Below are positions 49,783 to 59,599 of a stretch of 64,000 bases of DNA, piece by piece. The first letter of the stretch is position 1, and every line of letters starts with the position of its first letter. A program made the translations under genes and the position numbers. The DNA lies in the IMG/VR virus record IMGVR_UViG_3300007963_000006, positions 4,526 to 68,525 of that record; one strand, 5' to 3'. The notes beneath the pieces were generated by a model. The model saw only the letters and a program-made list of their open reading frames with translations, had not been told where the DNA came from and ran no database searches. This DNA comes from a virus.

Positions 49783-51027
49783 TCAAATCCCAAGTAACTG
49801 TTCGCAACAGGCAAAGCCCAATGAAAACGTCCACACGGAATCTCCCGCTTCATAACTCGGTTCAAAGGTTTGAACGACGCCCGCCAACGCTACACCTTGC
49901 CTAAAAAATGGATTCGGCCTCTCCCCCTCCTCCATTGGGTCAAATGCCTTCAAATTCTTTTCCGATGAATAATCAACACCCGGACCTGAAGGCAATACGA
50001 ATTGCCGAATCACTTCACTATCTGCACCTGAAGCCGTAATCATTGAGTCGTATGGAATGCGTAATCCGACAATGTATTTTTTGACGGAATCAGATTCTTC
50101 AATCATCAATAATTTCGCAATATCGAAATTCGACAATGAATCAGGCATTTCAATAAGATCGCCCGTGAATGCTTGGGGTGAAAGCATACCTCCACCCGCT
50201 GAAGCATTCACAGTCATATTGATGAGATCTTGAATCTTGTCACCTTTGCTCTTTTTGCTTCCACTGACGCCCCCAGTGAAATTGGTCACATGAAATGTAG
50301 CGGCCCAATCTTGAGATGAGGATACCGCCAAATCACCCTGTGTTGTCACCACACCATTTCCGTCAGCACTGGACGTTTTGTTTGTGAGGGTGATTTTTTC
50401 GTTACTCAATGTTCCCACTGCTTGATGGGCACCACTATTGGTTTTGACACCTGCCCCCTGCGTGATGGTGTATATGGCCGAAATCGCCGTTGTTACTGTC
50501 GCTATTTTGACTGATGCAGCCGCAAGAGCAGTATTCATCGCGGTCGCTATGTCACCCGTATGGTTGATGGTTCCTGATATATTCACAGGGATCATGCTGT
50601 TTGTCAAAACGGTGGCAGCAGGAACGCTACTGGAATAGAACCTCAATGTGATGTCCTCCCCTGCACCTGCGGCCACTTGACCTGCCGATCTAAACGTGAT
50701 TTCCTTACCGTGTAATGCGGCTACAATAGAAGCAATTGTCGTGTTGCCTTCCGCTTGTTGTTGCTTGAACCATGAATCAAACAAACCAGTGGGGCGTGAT
50801 AGGTCAAATGATGCAGCAGCAGCGGCAGAACCGCTCGTATTTTCATCATCAACAATCACCCCATTGATAGCGACACTTAACAGGTTGTTATTCAAATCCA
50901 GTCCCATGCGAACGCCCACGATAGGGGGTGCCCATATCGCAACACCACGTTGAACTGAAAAGCCAACAGATGTAGCATTCAATTCAATAATTTCACCATC
51001 ACGGCGAATCAATTGCACTTTCGGCAT
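49783..51027 (-). CDS. Putative distal tail protein
   Basis: Directly after the tape measure gene; ends WTFSLGF. Confidence 0.55.
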   Translation of the reverse strand: MPKVQLIRRDGEIIELNATSVGFSVQRGVAIWAPPIVGVRMGLDLNNNLLSVAINGVIVDDENTSGSAAAAASFDLSRPTGLFDSWFKQQQAEGNTTIASIVAALHGKEITFRSAGQVAAGAGEDITLRFYSSSVPAATVLTNSMIPVNISGTINHTGDIATAMNTALAAASVKIATVTTAISAIYTITQGAGVKTNSGAHQAVGTLSNEKITLTNKTSSADGNGVVTTQGDLAVSSSQDWAATFHVTNFTGGVSGSKKSKGDKIQDLINMTVNASAGGGMLSPQAFTGDLIEMPDSLSNFDIAKLLMIEESDSVKKYIVGLRIPYDSMITASGADSEVIRQFVLPSGPGVDYSSEKNLKAFDPMEEGERPNPFFRQGVALAGVVQTFEPSYEAGDSVWTFSLGFACCEQLLGI

Positions 51028-51030
51028 ACC

Positions 51031-52599
51031 TCACATCCCCCGACTGATGCCGCTACCCCGCGACCTGTTTTTGAATACGCGCCCCACTTCCTCACCAACC
51101 ATGCGAGCAATCTTCCGAGGATCGCCACTGGCCCCACTGACATTGATATTCACTGTGGTGTTACCACCACCAGTCAAACCACCCTTTATGGTCACTGGAA
51201 TGGTGCGACCATCAGGAAGAGGCACAACGGCTTCCGTGCCGTGTAAAGTGGCCGGATAACCACTCTTGGGTCCACTGGCTATGCCGCCTTTTGCTAATTT
51301 CATGCCTTCAATATCAATTGTAGGCAAATTGGGAACAAGGGGAATCTTGTTGAATGTCCTGATACCGGCGTTAATCAATTTGAATACGGGCGAAATGAAG
51401 TCAATTATCGAATTGACAAACGACTTGAAGAAGCCCTTCACCCCATTGAACACATCTTTGAAAATGTCACCGATACTTGAGATGTGTTCCCCCACTGCAT
51501 CAAAGTCGCCCCGCAATAGGGCCATGAATGCACGGAAAATTGCCATTAGCGTTCGCACAACACCCATTACGATTGTTACGACCATACCAATTGCTGCGAT
51601 AACTGCTTTGTAGTAGGGGGCGATGTATGGATATATGAAGCCAACTATTTTGATAACGAGAGAGATGATGAAAGCGGCAATAACAACGAGAGTAGCAACG
51701 ACTTCCCAAACAACACCAATCAATTCAAAGACGAATGACAAAATACCTGAAGTATTCAAAAAGTCCACAAATCCAACGACAATATCAATCAACCATTGAA
51801 CGAAGTCACCAATACCTGTATCACCCAATGCCCATGAGAACAGATCGAACACCGTTTGCAGTGTGTCCCACACTAACATGACATTATCAATGAGCATTTG
51901 CACGAATCCGGCTTCAATGAGAGTATCAACGATGAAGAAGATGGCGTCCCAAACCATAGTGTGAATTTCCATAAACACAGTGAAAACGGTTGTCAATCCC
52001 TCAATCAATCCTTCAAAGAAGGAGCCACCGTCTATTTCGGGAAGTGTAACATTGGCTTTGATTGCTTCCCATGTTCCCAAAAACCGCTCTTTCCAAACGT
52101 CGAGATAGTCACTGATGGTTTCCATTGAAAGGCCCAAACCACCGATGGTTTCCTTCACTTTGGCGATCCCTTCTTTCAACAATGCAAATGCAGCACCAAC
52201 AATGGGTAAATTTTCAACCCATTTGAGTAACGTGCCCCCGCCTTGATCGAATACGGCAGCGAATAGCAGCATGGCCCCCATGACGCCGAAAATCAACCCC
52301 ATAAGCGGCATCATAGCCAGTAACATTCCTTTGAATGAAGCAACAACGGTGCCCAAAACCAATGAAAACGGCTTCCATGCCTTTTTTGTTGCTTTTGTAG
52401 TCGCTTTTCCGGTCCCTGTGATTGCACCTTTGACGCTCGACATCGCCATTTTCATTTTCATGTGAGCGGTGTATAGGGGACCAAGTGTTTTCATCAAAAT
52501 ACGGTGTTTATCCGGCAATATAGCGATGGCATCTTTGTATTGGTTAATCGTCGCAACCTGATCCCACAATCGTTGAGGAACGCCACCCGCTTCAGCCAT
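51031..52599 (-). CDS. Tape measure protein
   Basis: Amphipathic helices with W/F periodicity; LAKGGI...LHGTEAVVPL; follows the chaperone pair. Confidence 0.8.
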   Translation of the reverse strand: MAEAGGVPQRLWDQVATINQYKDAIAILPDKHRILMKTLGPLYTAHMKMKMAMSSVKGAITGTGKATTKATKKAWKPFSLVLGTVVASFKGMLLAMMPLMGLIFGVMGAMLLFAAVFDQGGGTLLKWVENLPIVGAAFALLKEGIAKVKETIGGLGLSMETISDYLDVWKERFLGTWEAIKANVTLPEIDGGSFFEGLIEGLTTVFTVFMEIHTMVWDAIFFIVDTLIEAGFVQMLIDNVMLVWDTLQTVFDLFSWALGDTGIGDFVQWLIDIVVGFVDFLNTSGILSFVFELIGVVWEVVATLVVIAAFIISLVIKIVGFIYPYIAPYYKAVIAAIGMVVTIVMGVVRTLMAIFRAFMALLRGDFDAVGEHISSIGDIFKDVFNGVKGFFKSFVNSIIDFISPVFKLINAGIRTFNKIPLVPNLPTIDIEGMKLAKGGIASGPKSGYPATLHGTEAVVPLPDGRTIPVTIKGGLTGGGNTTVNINVSGASGDPRKIARMVGEEVGRVFKNRSRGSGISRGM

Positions 52600-52936
52600 C
52601 GTCTTTCAACCTCGCATTCATCCTGTCGAAAAAGTCCTTATCACTTGTGGTCCGAACAGGACGCCCTTTTGACTCTCCGATGGACTGCTCACGCTTAACC
52701 TTCTCCATTTCCTCGCCCTCAATCTCCTTGAATGCAGCCATAATGAAGTAGTCCAAATAGACTCTTTCGGGCGGTAAATGGTCCCATGAATGGGGTGGGC
52801 AATTGAAGTGCTTTCCAAGAAAATGTGTAGGGAGGGTGAAGGCCAATATCGGCAATTGATATTCACTAATGGGTAAATCTCCCTCTCCGTTCCAGTGCAT
52901 AAATGCCCTGACATCATCGAGGGTTATGCCAAAGGG
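52592..52936 (-). CDS. Tail assembly chaperone, frameshift extension (gpGT-like)
   Basis: The -1 frame from the slippery site reads FGITLDDVRAFMHWNG... into the 52592..52900 ORF. Confidence 0.7.
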   Translation of the reverse strand, partial: PFGITLDDVRAFMHWNGEGDLPISEYQLPILAFTLPTHFLGKHFNCPPHSWDHLPPERVYLDYFIMAAFKEIEGEEMEKVKREQSIGESKGRPVRTTSDKDFFDRMNARLKDDG

Positions 52937-53295
52937 CCGGTCATGCCGCCTGACAGACCTTCCATCAAAGATTCAAAGGAGGGCAATAATTTCTGAATTT
53001 GCTCTCCGACTTCGGGCTTCAAATTAAGCAATTGACCCGTAGTGAGATTTGGGTCGGTCTTTGTGATACAGGTTCGGAACAAGTATTCCCAATAGCCGCC
53101 AAAGTCCACCTGTGGACTCATATTGCCGTCAGAATCAGTGCCCACTGCCACAAACTTTGTAATTGCATTTTGCCGTGCAATCCACGACAATGGTTTAATC
53201 CACACGATCAACTCACCGTGTGGTGTTTCCACCGCATGGCGTTCTGCCTCTTCTGTTACTACTAAATCACTCGCCTTCGCTCTCTCCGCCATCAT
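52924..53295 (-). CDS. Tail assembly chaperone (gpG-like)
   Basis: Between tail tube and tape measure; ends GGC CCT TTG GCA TAA. Confidence 0.75.
   Translation of the reverse strand: MMAERAKASDLVVTEEAERHAVETPHGELIVWIKPLSWIARQNAITKFVAVGTDSDGNMSPQVDFGGYWEYLFRTCITKTDPNLTTGQLLNLKPEVGEQIQKLLPSFESLMEGLSGGMTGPLA
52930..52936 (-). other. -1 programmed ribosomal frameshift site C CCT TTG
   Basis: In-phase X XXY YYZ heptamer one codon before the stop. Confidence 0.75.
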
Positions 53296-53626
53296 CTTCA
53301 CCTTCGGTTGTGGTGTCGGCTTCATCGTCCTCTTGCAGTCGTGCAATCAGATCAGCCTTTGTGCCGCTGCTTGAAAGGCCACGCTGACTGCACAAGACCT
53401 GTAATTCGGTCTTGTTCATATCATCGTAACTCGTTTCCTCGCTTGGGCTTTCCGCAGGTGTCGATCTCGGTGACGGCATAGGAGGCGAAAGCAGGTGTGC
53501 ATCATCGTGGACTTGAATGTCTGTTGAAGATAGTCCCGGCCCTTCCACAATTCCTGTGGAAGTCACGGTCCAACTCAACGGCATTCTTCGTCCGGCGACG
53601 GTCACATATCCTGTTAGCCTTACCAT
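53267..53626 (-). CDS. SAP-domain protein
   Basis: YDDMNKTELQVLCSQRGLSSSGTKADLIARL. Confidence 0.8.
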   Translation of the reverse strand: MVRLTGYVTVAGRRMPLSWTVTSTGIVEGPGLSSTDIQVHDDAHLLSPPMPSPRSTPAESPSEETSYDDMNKTELQVLCSQRGLSSSGTKADLIARLQEDDEADTTTEGEDDGGESEGE

Positions 53627-53668
53627 TGTTCTCACCCCTGTTATCTGTCCTATTTGATTATTGCGCTA

Positions 53669-55915
53669 TCAAAGCGTGAAATACGGATTGGTTTCGGTCA
53701 CTTTCATGTGCCGGACCTTGAATTCGACATTGGCTGTTACTGGGCCTTTGTCATCAGGCAGTGGATGTTCTGCCTTCGATACGGTGTAATCTTCAATGGT
53801 GATTACACCATTTTGACGGGTTGCTGCCGAACCGGGCTTAGTGAGAGTCAATGTAATGTCATTCGTATTGGTGTGATGGGTGCGCTTTCGCACTTCATCG
53901 AACCAACGACTGTCCTCCGCCAATGCACTGAATTTGAATGTATATTCGCGGGCCGCTTCAGTGATTTCCGAGGAATACTGTGTAGCGGATTCTTGAACCT
54001 GATCAGCAGCCGCATACGCCCCATCAGTGCCCCGAATATACCACCGAGCAGTATTTCCATTGGCAATTGATAATTCGGCGTTTAGGGCACGCAATACGAC
54101 AGCACCAAAGGCACTGAACATAACGTGTTGGAATAGGTATGGCTTCTCACCATTGACAGCGATCCCTGATACTCGACGGTTCACCCGTGTGTTAGCCGTA
54201 TTCTCAAACATTCGATGTGGTGTCGTGAAGAGATTTGCAGTATCGGTGAACATTCGACCTGCTTCATAGTCGCCGCTGATTTTGACCTCCCCTTCACTGT
54301 CTGCGGTGCAAGTCAAAGCATTGACTTTACAACCACTGAATACCCTCAACATTTGTTCTTCGCCGGGTGTCACATCGGTTTGACGGTGTGATGTTTCAAT
54401 GCTGAATGTGGGCAGGTATGAATATCCAAAGAAATTGTGAACCACACCATACTTCAATTCGCTTGTCGTATCAACAATGGCAGGGCTTCCCCTTTTCCAT
54501 GCGTGGCTGTTTGTGCTGTCCCATGTGTATTTCATCCTCTCAATACCCATAGAAGCGGCTGTGTGGCTGAACAGGAATGGTTCTTCAACATAGAGATAGC
54601 CCGCATCCCCTCCACTGGCTGTTCCAATGGCGATAACTCGGCGGATTTCGTGCTTGTTGAGAGTAGGCAATTCTGCATCTGCGCCGGGGATTTGAACGGT
54701 GTCCTTGTCAAAAATCTGAAGATAATCGCCAACGGAGAATTTGGCCGCAAGTGTGGCCCCAATACTGATTCGCAGATCGCCCGCTGTGATAGAGGCGGCA
54801 GGTTGAGCGAGAAGATAAATTGGGACATTGACAATTTGCGCCCTTGCTACTGCCCCGGCATCAATATCAATGCAACCAGTAAGTGTGGTTGATGCGCCAC
54901 CACCTGCGCCATAATATCCAAGCAACACATCGTTTCCATCGGCTGAAAGCACCTTGAATAGACCCGCTGTGGGTGCTGATTCGTGGCTTACACTGGCGTT
55001 ATTGGTTAAAGTCAATTCATCTCCTGAATCGGCCACAGAAAGCGCACCGACAAACACATCCAACCCGGTGTATGTGTTCGATATACCCGTAAGGCCCGCT
55101 GCACCAGTCGTTGCTGTAATGCTTGTATCTATTCCGGTTGCACCGACTTCATGCGCCGCATAAGCGGCTGTTGCCGAATCTTTGAGATTGAGGGGCAGGT
55201 CATCCAATACGGTGTCTGTGCCTGTCACATTGGTGAATTCGCCCTTACTACGAGCCGTGTGCCCTCCGAGGGCATACTTGAACATCCTCAATGAATGGGC
55301 CATCGTATCATACGCGCCTCCTGCAAGTGTTTCCTTGCCGCTCGTCATTACATTGACATCACGGCCCATACCGACGACGTGCTGTGTTTTCACGTCGATT
55401 TCAGGTTCGGGTAGTGCAAATGAATTGAGCAGACCCAAGAATTGGTCGGCTTTGATGCGTTGATCGGTTGCTGTCATCGCAGCCTCCATCGTTGGAACTC
55501 GGAGGGTATTGATGATGAAATAATCACCAGTGTGGGCAACTATGGCCCCTGTTGTAGCCAAACGCGGTTGGATCGTAAGGGTGCTGCCGCTATTGGCTGA
55601 AATGTAGTAGGTGCGCTTGGTGCTTGGGTAATCGTCAGCGGTGTAGCGATTGCTGCCTCCCGACGAATAAATGCGTAATGTTGCACCAACAAGCATTCCA
55701 TCCGGCACTTCTGCCTTTTGTGGTGAACCACTGACCCAATACATCCCTGCACCAAGATTGATGGTTGATGAATTGGCTGTGGAGCCGTCAGCAGTGTTCC
55801 ATCCGGCAGTCGCGCCTGTGCCCGATGTGACGTTGGTTCCCTGTCCGAAAAGTCCGGTTTCCTTTGCGAGAGATACCTCCGACAAATCTCCTTTGTATAG
55901 CAAATTTACAGCCAT
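53669..55915 (-). CDS. Major tail tube protein with large insertion
   Basis: PTFSIE...FSGCKVN.L...ELSIAN...REYTFKF; position in the module. Confidence 0.75.
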   Translation of the reverse strand: MAVNLLYKGDLSEVSLAKETGLFGQGTNVTSGTGATAGWNTADGSTANSSTINLGAGMYWVSGSPQKAEVPDGMLVGATLRIYSSGGSNRYTADDYPSTKRTYYISANSGSTLTIQPRLATTGAIVAHTGDYFIINTLRVPTMEAAMTATDQRIKADQFLGLLNSFALPEPEIDVKTQHVVGMGRDVNVMTSGKETLAGGAYDTMAHSLRMFKYALGGHTARSKGEFTNVTGTDTVLDDLPLNLKDSATAAYAAHEVGATGIDTSITATTGAAGLTGISNTYTGLDVFVGALSVADSGDELTLTNNASVSHESAPTAGLFKVLSADGNDVLLGYYGAGGGASTTLTGCIDIDAGAVARAQIVNVPIYLLAQPAASITAGDLRISIGATLAAKFSVGDYLQIFDKDTVQIPGADAELPTLNKHEIRRVIAIGTASGGDAGYLYVEEPFLFSHTAASMGIERMKYTWDSTNSHAWKRGSPAIVDTTSELKYGVVHNFFGYSYLPTFSIETSHRQTDVTPGEEQMLRVFSGCKVNALTCTADSEGEVKISGDYEAGRMFTDTANLFTTPHRMFENTANTRVNRRVSGIAVNGEKPYLFQHVMFSAFGAVVLRALNAELSIANGNTARWYIRGTDGAYAAADQVQESATQYSSEITEAAREYTFKFSALAEDSRWFDEVRKRTHHTNTNDITLTLTKPGSAATRQNGVITIEDYTVSKAEHPLPDDKGPVTANVEFKVRHMKVTETNPYFTL

Positions 55916-55924
55916 TTTTATTCC

Positions 55925-56356
55925 TCATATTGTTGGTAGTGGTTGTGCGAATGTCACTATTTCGACTTGCATTGTGTAGCGAAAGAGCCTCTTACTGCGA
56001 TCTGACAGGTCGGTCCTTGTCTTGAAGATTGCCCTATCAAAGTTAATTCCATCCCCTTTTCTATACTTGTGAAGGATGCGCCGCACTTCGTCCCTCAAGT
56101 CACCGAGTCTGCTTCTGCTTTTCATGGTTCTTACGTCGATTGTCAAATTCACATGGATATTGACGAAATCGAACAGCAATTCAGGTTGCGCTTCGTTATG
56201 CGCCGTTTCAAAAATTCGTATCACGTCATGGTCTTGTAATCGTGTTCGCTTTCCTTCCCCGCGATCAAGAGTAGCAATATCCAAAATGGAAGGTTTAGGT
56301 GACACATTCCATTCAGAATCCAATAGTGATTCAATTGTAGCGATAGCATCGGCCAT
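55925..56356 (-). CDS. Putative tail terminator/neck protein
   Basis: IDVRT..SRL..LRDEVRRIL; directly upstream of the tube gene. Confidence 0.6.
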   Translation of the reverse strand: MADAIATIESLLDSEWNVSPKPSILDIATLDRGEGKRTRLQDHDVIRIFETAHNEAQPELLFDFVNIHVNLTIDVRTMKSRSRLGDLRDEVRRILHKYRKGDGINFDRAIFKTRTDLSDRSKRLFRYTMQVEIVTFAQPLPTI

Positions 56357-56607
56357 TAGGACACCTCCTTCCATTTTGTCAAAGCAGCGTCAGCATCCAA
56401 TTTGAATGGGCTTGCCGCCCTGTGTGATTCCATGATGCTTGCCAATTCTGCTTCATCTATGTCCTCTCCGTATTCATCTTTGTGAGTAAGTCGCTCATAA
56501 ATCTCCAATTTTTCCAAATGGGAAGGTTCTGTTTGCGCTCGCTTTGTCAAGGCATTCACCAATTCATCAGTGGCTTTATTGATTTTAACCCAATCCACAT
56601 CAACCAC
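56356..56607 (-). CDS. Hypothetical protein
   Basis: Overlaps both neighbours. Confidence 0.65.
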   Translation of the reverse strand: MVDVDWVKINKATDELVNALTKRAQTEPSHLEKLEIYERLTHKDEYGEDIDEAELASIMESHRAASPFKLDADAALTKWKEVS

Positions 56608-58213
56608 CCATACCCGCTACAATAATAGATTCTTGGAATGGGACCAACAATTTCTGCACTTCCGCTTCCAATTTCTGATGCTTCGTATTCAAGTCCACGT
56701 TTTGTGACCCTTCAGGGAATAACACGCTGTAATCATCCGACATTAGAATATCCATAACCACCAATTTGACGCACGCCTCATGGATCGACTTCTCGACGTA
56801 TCTTTCACCATAGATGTATGACATTCTCATTGAATGGTTTTCATAGAATGGATATTCATTATTGAATAGAACCATGCCGTTCTCCTCAATAGACCACCAT
56901 GACTTCTGCCGTTCTTCATCGACAATATCACATTTGAATCGAACCTGCAATACGGTGTCATCTGCTTCCACATGGTTATCAAAATTATGGAGAAGATCAG
57001 CCACAACGGTAAATGTGTTCCCACTACGGGTGCATAATGCAATTCGATTGGTGGTCCCATCAGATAAATAGACCAAACCATGCCCTGTGGTGAATGACGA
57101 ACCATCATTCACTATGAATGACGTTGCCGGTGAGCCGGTGACTGAAGCGACGGTTGCACTGGCTTCAGTCATCAGCCGTGTATCCAACGTAATACCAGTA
57201 TTATGCGTCACTGCAATAGTGGCGTTGGAACCACCTTCCGTGCTACGCATAGATGAAATCTCGACTACACCGTCGCCCGCATCACTGTTAGCAAGAGCCA
57301 AAAATTCGTGAGATACATTGAGAGCGGCAGCAGAACTGCTTGGTGTTTCAACCGTCAATGAACCGATCTGAATGGCGTCTTTGTTGTATTCGGGGTCTTG
57401 ATTGATGAGAGAAGCAAGATTGGTGGCTGTTGATTTGTGGTCAAAATCGGCCCTCCAATTGGTGGCCGCTGCACCGACAGTCAAAGTGGCTGTCCCATTT
57501 GCACCGGGACATAGCACTACGGATTCACCGGATAGAAGCGTATGATCAGCAATTTTCAGTGCTACACGGGACGCGGCCATTTCACGGTAATAGTCACCTT
57601 GCCATGCCCCCATCTTGAGAATCTGTTGTATGGCCCCGTGCCTGACGAATACGGCCCCCACATAGTCGGTGTAGTATCGGCGTCGGAATGGCTTGAAAGT
57701 AGTGAAATTCAGGTATTCCTCGGCCACTAATCGGGGTCGCCATGCGTGACGGGTCACTTTGTCGATGTAATCCTGTCTGTTTCGTATCAACTTCTCCACG
57801 AAGGACTTCTTCAAACCGCGCTCGTTGCTGTTGGTGATGGCTGACAACATTTGCACTTTCGCACTTTTGGCCGTTGTATATGCTTCTGAACCCACTTTGG
57901 CGGCAATCAAATAGACTTGCCCATCAGAACCAACAGAAGCCGATGAAGTGATTGTGTAGGTCTTGCCTATTGCATCATCATCGTCATAGACAAGAATGCT
58001 GTCAGTCGCCTGAAAACCCCACCTGCGATAATCGGCACCACTGATTGGGAATTTAATGTCTGAACCAACGATGGTGCTATTGGCTGCTAACGACACTGGA
58101 TCGGGCAAAGGCAATTGCAGATAGTCGGATACATCAGCCACCGTGCAATAAACTAAATCATCAGGGTATAGGGGTGCTTCGGGGCGGTGTCCGGGCGAAA
58201 ATGTTCGCGGCAT
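56600..58213 (-). CDS. Head-tail adaptor protein with insertions
   Basis: YCTVADV, IDKVT..W, SYIYG..IHEACVKLV. Confidence 0.7.
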   Translation of the reverse strand: MPRTFSPGHRPEAPLYPDDLVYCTVADVSDYLQLPLPDPVSLAANSTIVGSDIKFPISGADYRRWGFQATDSILVYDDDDAIGKTYTITSSASVGSDGQVYLIAAKVGSEAYTTAKSAKVQMLSAITNSNERGLKKSFVEKLIRNRQDYIDKVTRHAWRPRLVAEEYLNFTTFKPFRRRYYTDYVGAVFVRHGAIQQILKMGAWQGDYYREMAASRVALKIADHTLLSGESVVLCPGANGTATLTVGAAATNWRADFDHKSTATNLASLINQDPEYNKDAIQIGSLTVETPSSSAAALNVSHEFLALANSDAGDGVVEISSMRSTEGGSNATIAVTHNTGITLDTRLMTEASATVASVTGSPATSFIVNDGSSFTTGHGLVYLSDGTTNRIALCTRSGNTFTVVADLLHNFDNHVEADDTVLQVRFKCDIVDEERQKSWWSIEENGMVLFNNEYPFYENHSMRMSYIYGERYVEKSIHEACVKLVVMDILMSDDYSVLFPEGSQNVDLNTKHQKLEAEVQKLLVPFQESIIVAGMGG

Positions 58214-58545
58214 CAGACGACCCTCCGCCCCACAGAATGACTGCCGAGATTAAAACTCATCGGGGCACCACAGGCACCGCACTTCGGAACCCAACAGAAA
58301 TGCAGACAACCACACGATAGACAGCGGGTGCCTGAACCGATATTCTGAATATCTTGTCGGTCCCGACGATTGAGGCCAACGCGCTTTTTGGTCGCCCCTT
58401 TCATGTTCTCATCGGAGAATGGGCTATCATCCTCACGGACGGTTGCTCGACTACGATTAGCGATTTCAGCCATACGCACTTTGCGTCGGCTTTCAATATC
58501 CATCAATTCGGATAAATCAATTGATTCGACTTCCATTCGACCCAT
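58213..58545 (-). CDS. Zn-finger protein
   Basis: CLSC..CGAC. Confidence 0.75.
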   Translation of the reverse strand: MGRMEVESIDLSELMDIESRRKVRMAEIANRSRATVREDDSPFSDENMKGATKKRVGLNRRDRQDIQNIGSGTRCLSCGCLHFCWVPKCGACGAPMSFNLGSHSVGRRVV

Positions 58546-58549
58546 TGGT

Positions 58550-58569
58550 TGTCACCCCGTAAGGCGACA
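58550..58569 (-). promoter_or_regulatory. RNA hairpin covering an SD sequence
   Basis: UGUCGCCU-UACG-GGGUGACA stem-loop contains GGGGUGA, just upstream of the 58545 ATG. Confidence 0.45.
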
Positions 58570-58572
58570 CCC

Positions 58573-58974
58573 TCAAGCCCGCGTCCCTGTCGCCGTGACG
58601 TAAATGATGAGGCCGTTCAAATCTGCTGCTGCGTTTGGCAATTCAACCATTGGTGCCTGATCGGTATTTGCTGCAACGGAAGAACCTGAAGTATCAATTG
58701 CCGCATGACCGCTCTCAAACACCTTGAGGCGTTTGTTGTCACGGTCATACCAGTAGTGGTAGCCAAGACCCAGTGCTGCGGCCTTGTTGCCGCCTGAAAT
58801 GTTCACTTGCTCAATGGTCTTAATTCCTGACAAAGTAGGCAGATCGAATGCGTATCCATTCGTTGCTACTGCGCCACCCAGTGGGTATGAATTGTCTAAT
58901 GTAACCTTCAGTGTCACCGAAAGACGGTTGCCTGTGACGTTCGTTCGACCTTGCTTTGCGATTGTAAGTGCCAT
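58573..58974 (-). CDS. Putative virion structural protein
   Basis: LDNSYPLGG...YDRDNKRLKVF; in the head module. Confidence 0.65.
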   Translation of the reverse strand: MALTIAKQGRTNVTGNRLSVTLKVTLDNSYPLGGAVATNGYAFDLPTLSGIKTIEQVNISGGNKAAALGLGYHYWYDRDNKRLKVFESGHAAIDTSGSSVAANTDQAPMVELPNAAADLNGLIIYVTATGTRA

Positions 58975-59020
58975 GCTGCTCAACCCCTGTGGTGCTGTTG
59001 TTATTCATATATGCTTCGCT

Positions 59021-59599
59021 TCATTCGTAATAGATAACTACGAATAATGACCCTGTGCTTCCATCCCAAGCACCGGCTCCGCTCAATCCTAAACTGACCG
59101 ATACCTTGCCGCAGACAAGACCAGTCCACGGCGTAGTATCGTCCATCACTGTGGCTGCTCCTGCGCCATTGAGGGTTTGTGGGAGGGCACCGCTGTTCTG
59201 CTTTCCGGGCCACACCACTAAATGGTTAGCATCAGCGTGGGTGCCATCGGCAGTGGCCGCACCTTCACTGGTTTGAAATTGATATGGTGCAGGGGAAGCC
59301 GCTGTGAAATCCAATGCACTGATTTGTGCATGGTATGAGTAAGGCGTGCCCGCAGCATCGACCAAATCACCATCCAACAATTGAAATGTGCCGTGTGTTT
59401 TATTCACGGTTCCTTCACATACGCATCGGGTAGCATCAACAACAATTTTGTGGATTTTACCATTCATTTGAAATTGGGCTATTGCCTGTGGCGCACCGAC
59501 CAATTCAGGTGCAGTAAATTCATAGACAAGGCGATTGACACGGGTTCTAGATCCGTATCGTCCTTCGCCATCATCAATGCTGTGAGCGTGAATAGGCAT
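59021..59599 (-). CDS. Putative virion structural protein
   Basis: In the head module; TAATG overlap. Confidence 0.65.
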   Translation of the reverse strand: MPIHAHSIDDGEGRYGSRTRVNRLVYEFTAPELVGAPQAIAQFQMNGKIHKIVVDATRCVCEGTVNKTHGTFQLLDGDLVDAAGTPYSYHAQISALDFTAASPAPYQFQTSEGAATADGTHADANHLVVWPGKQNSGALPQTLNGAGAATVMDDTTPWTGLVCGKVSVSLGLSGAGAWDGSTGSLFVVIYYE

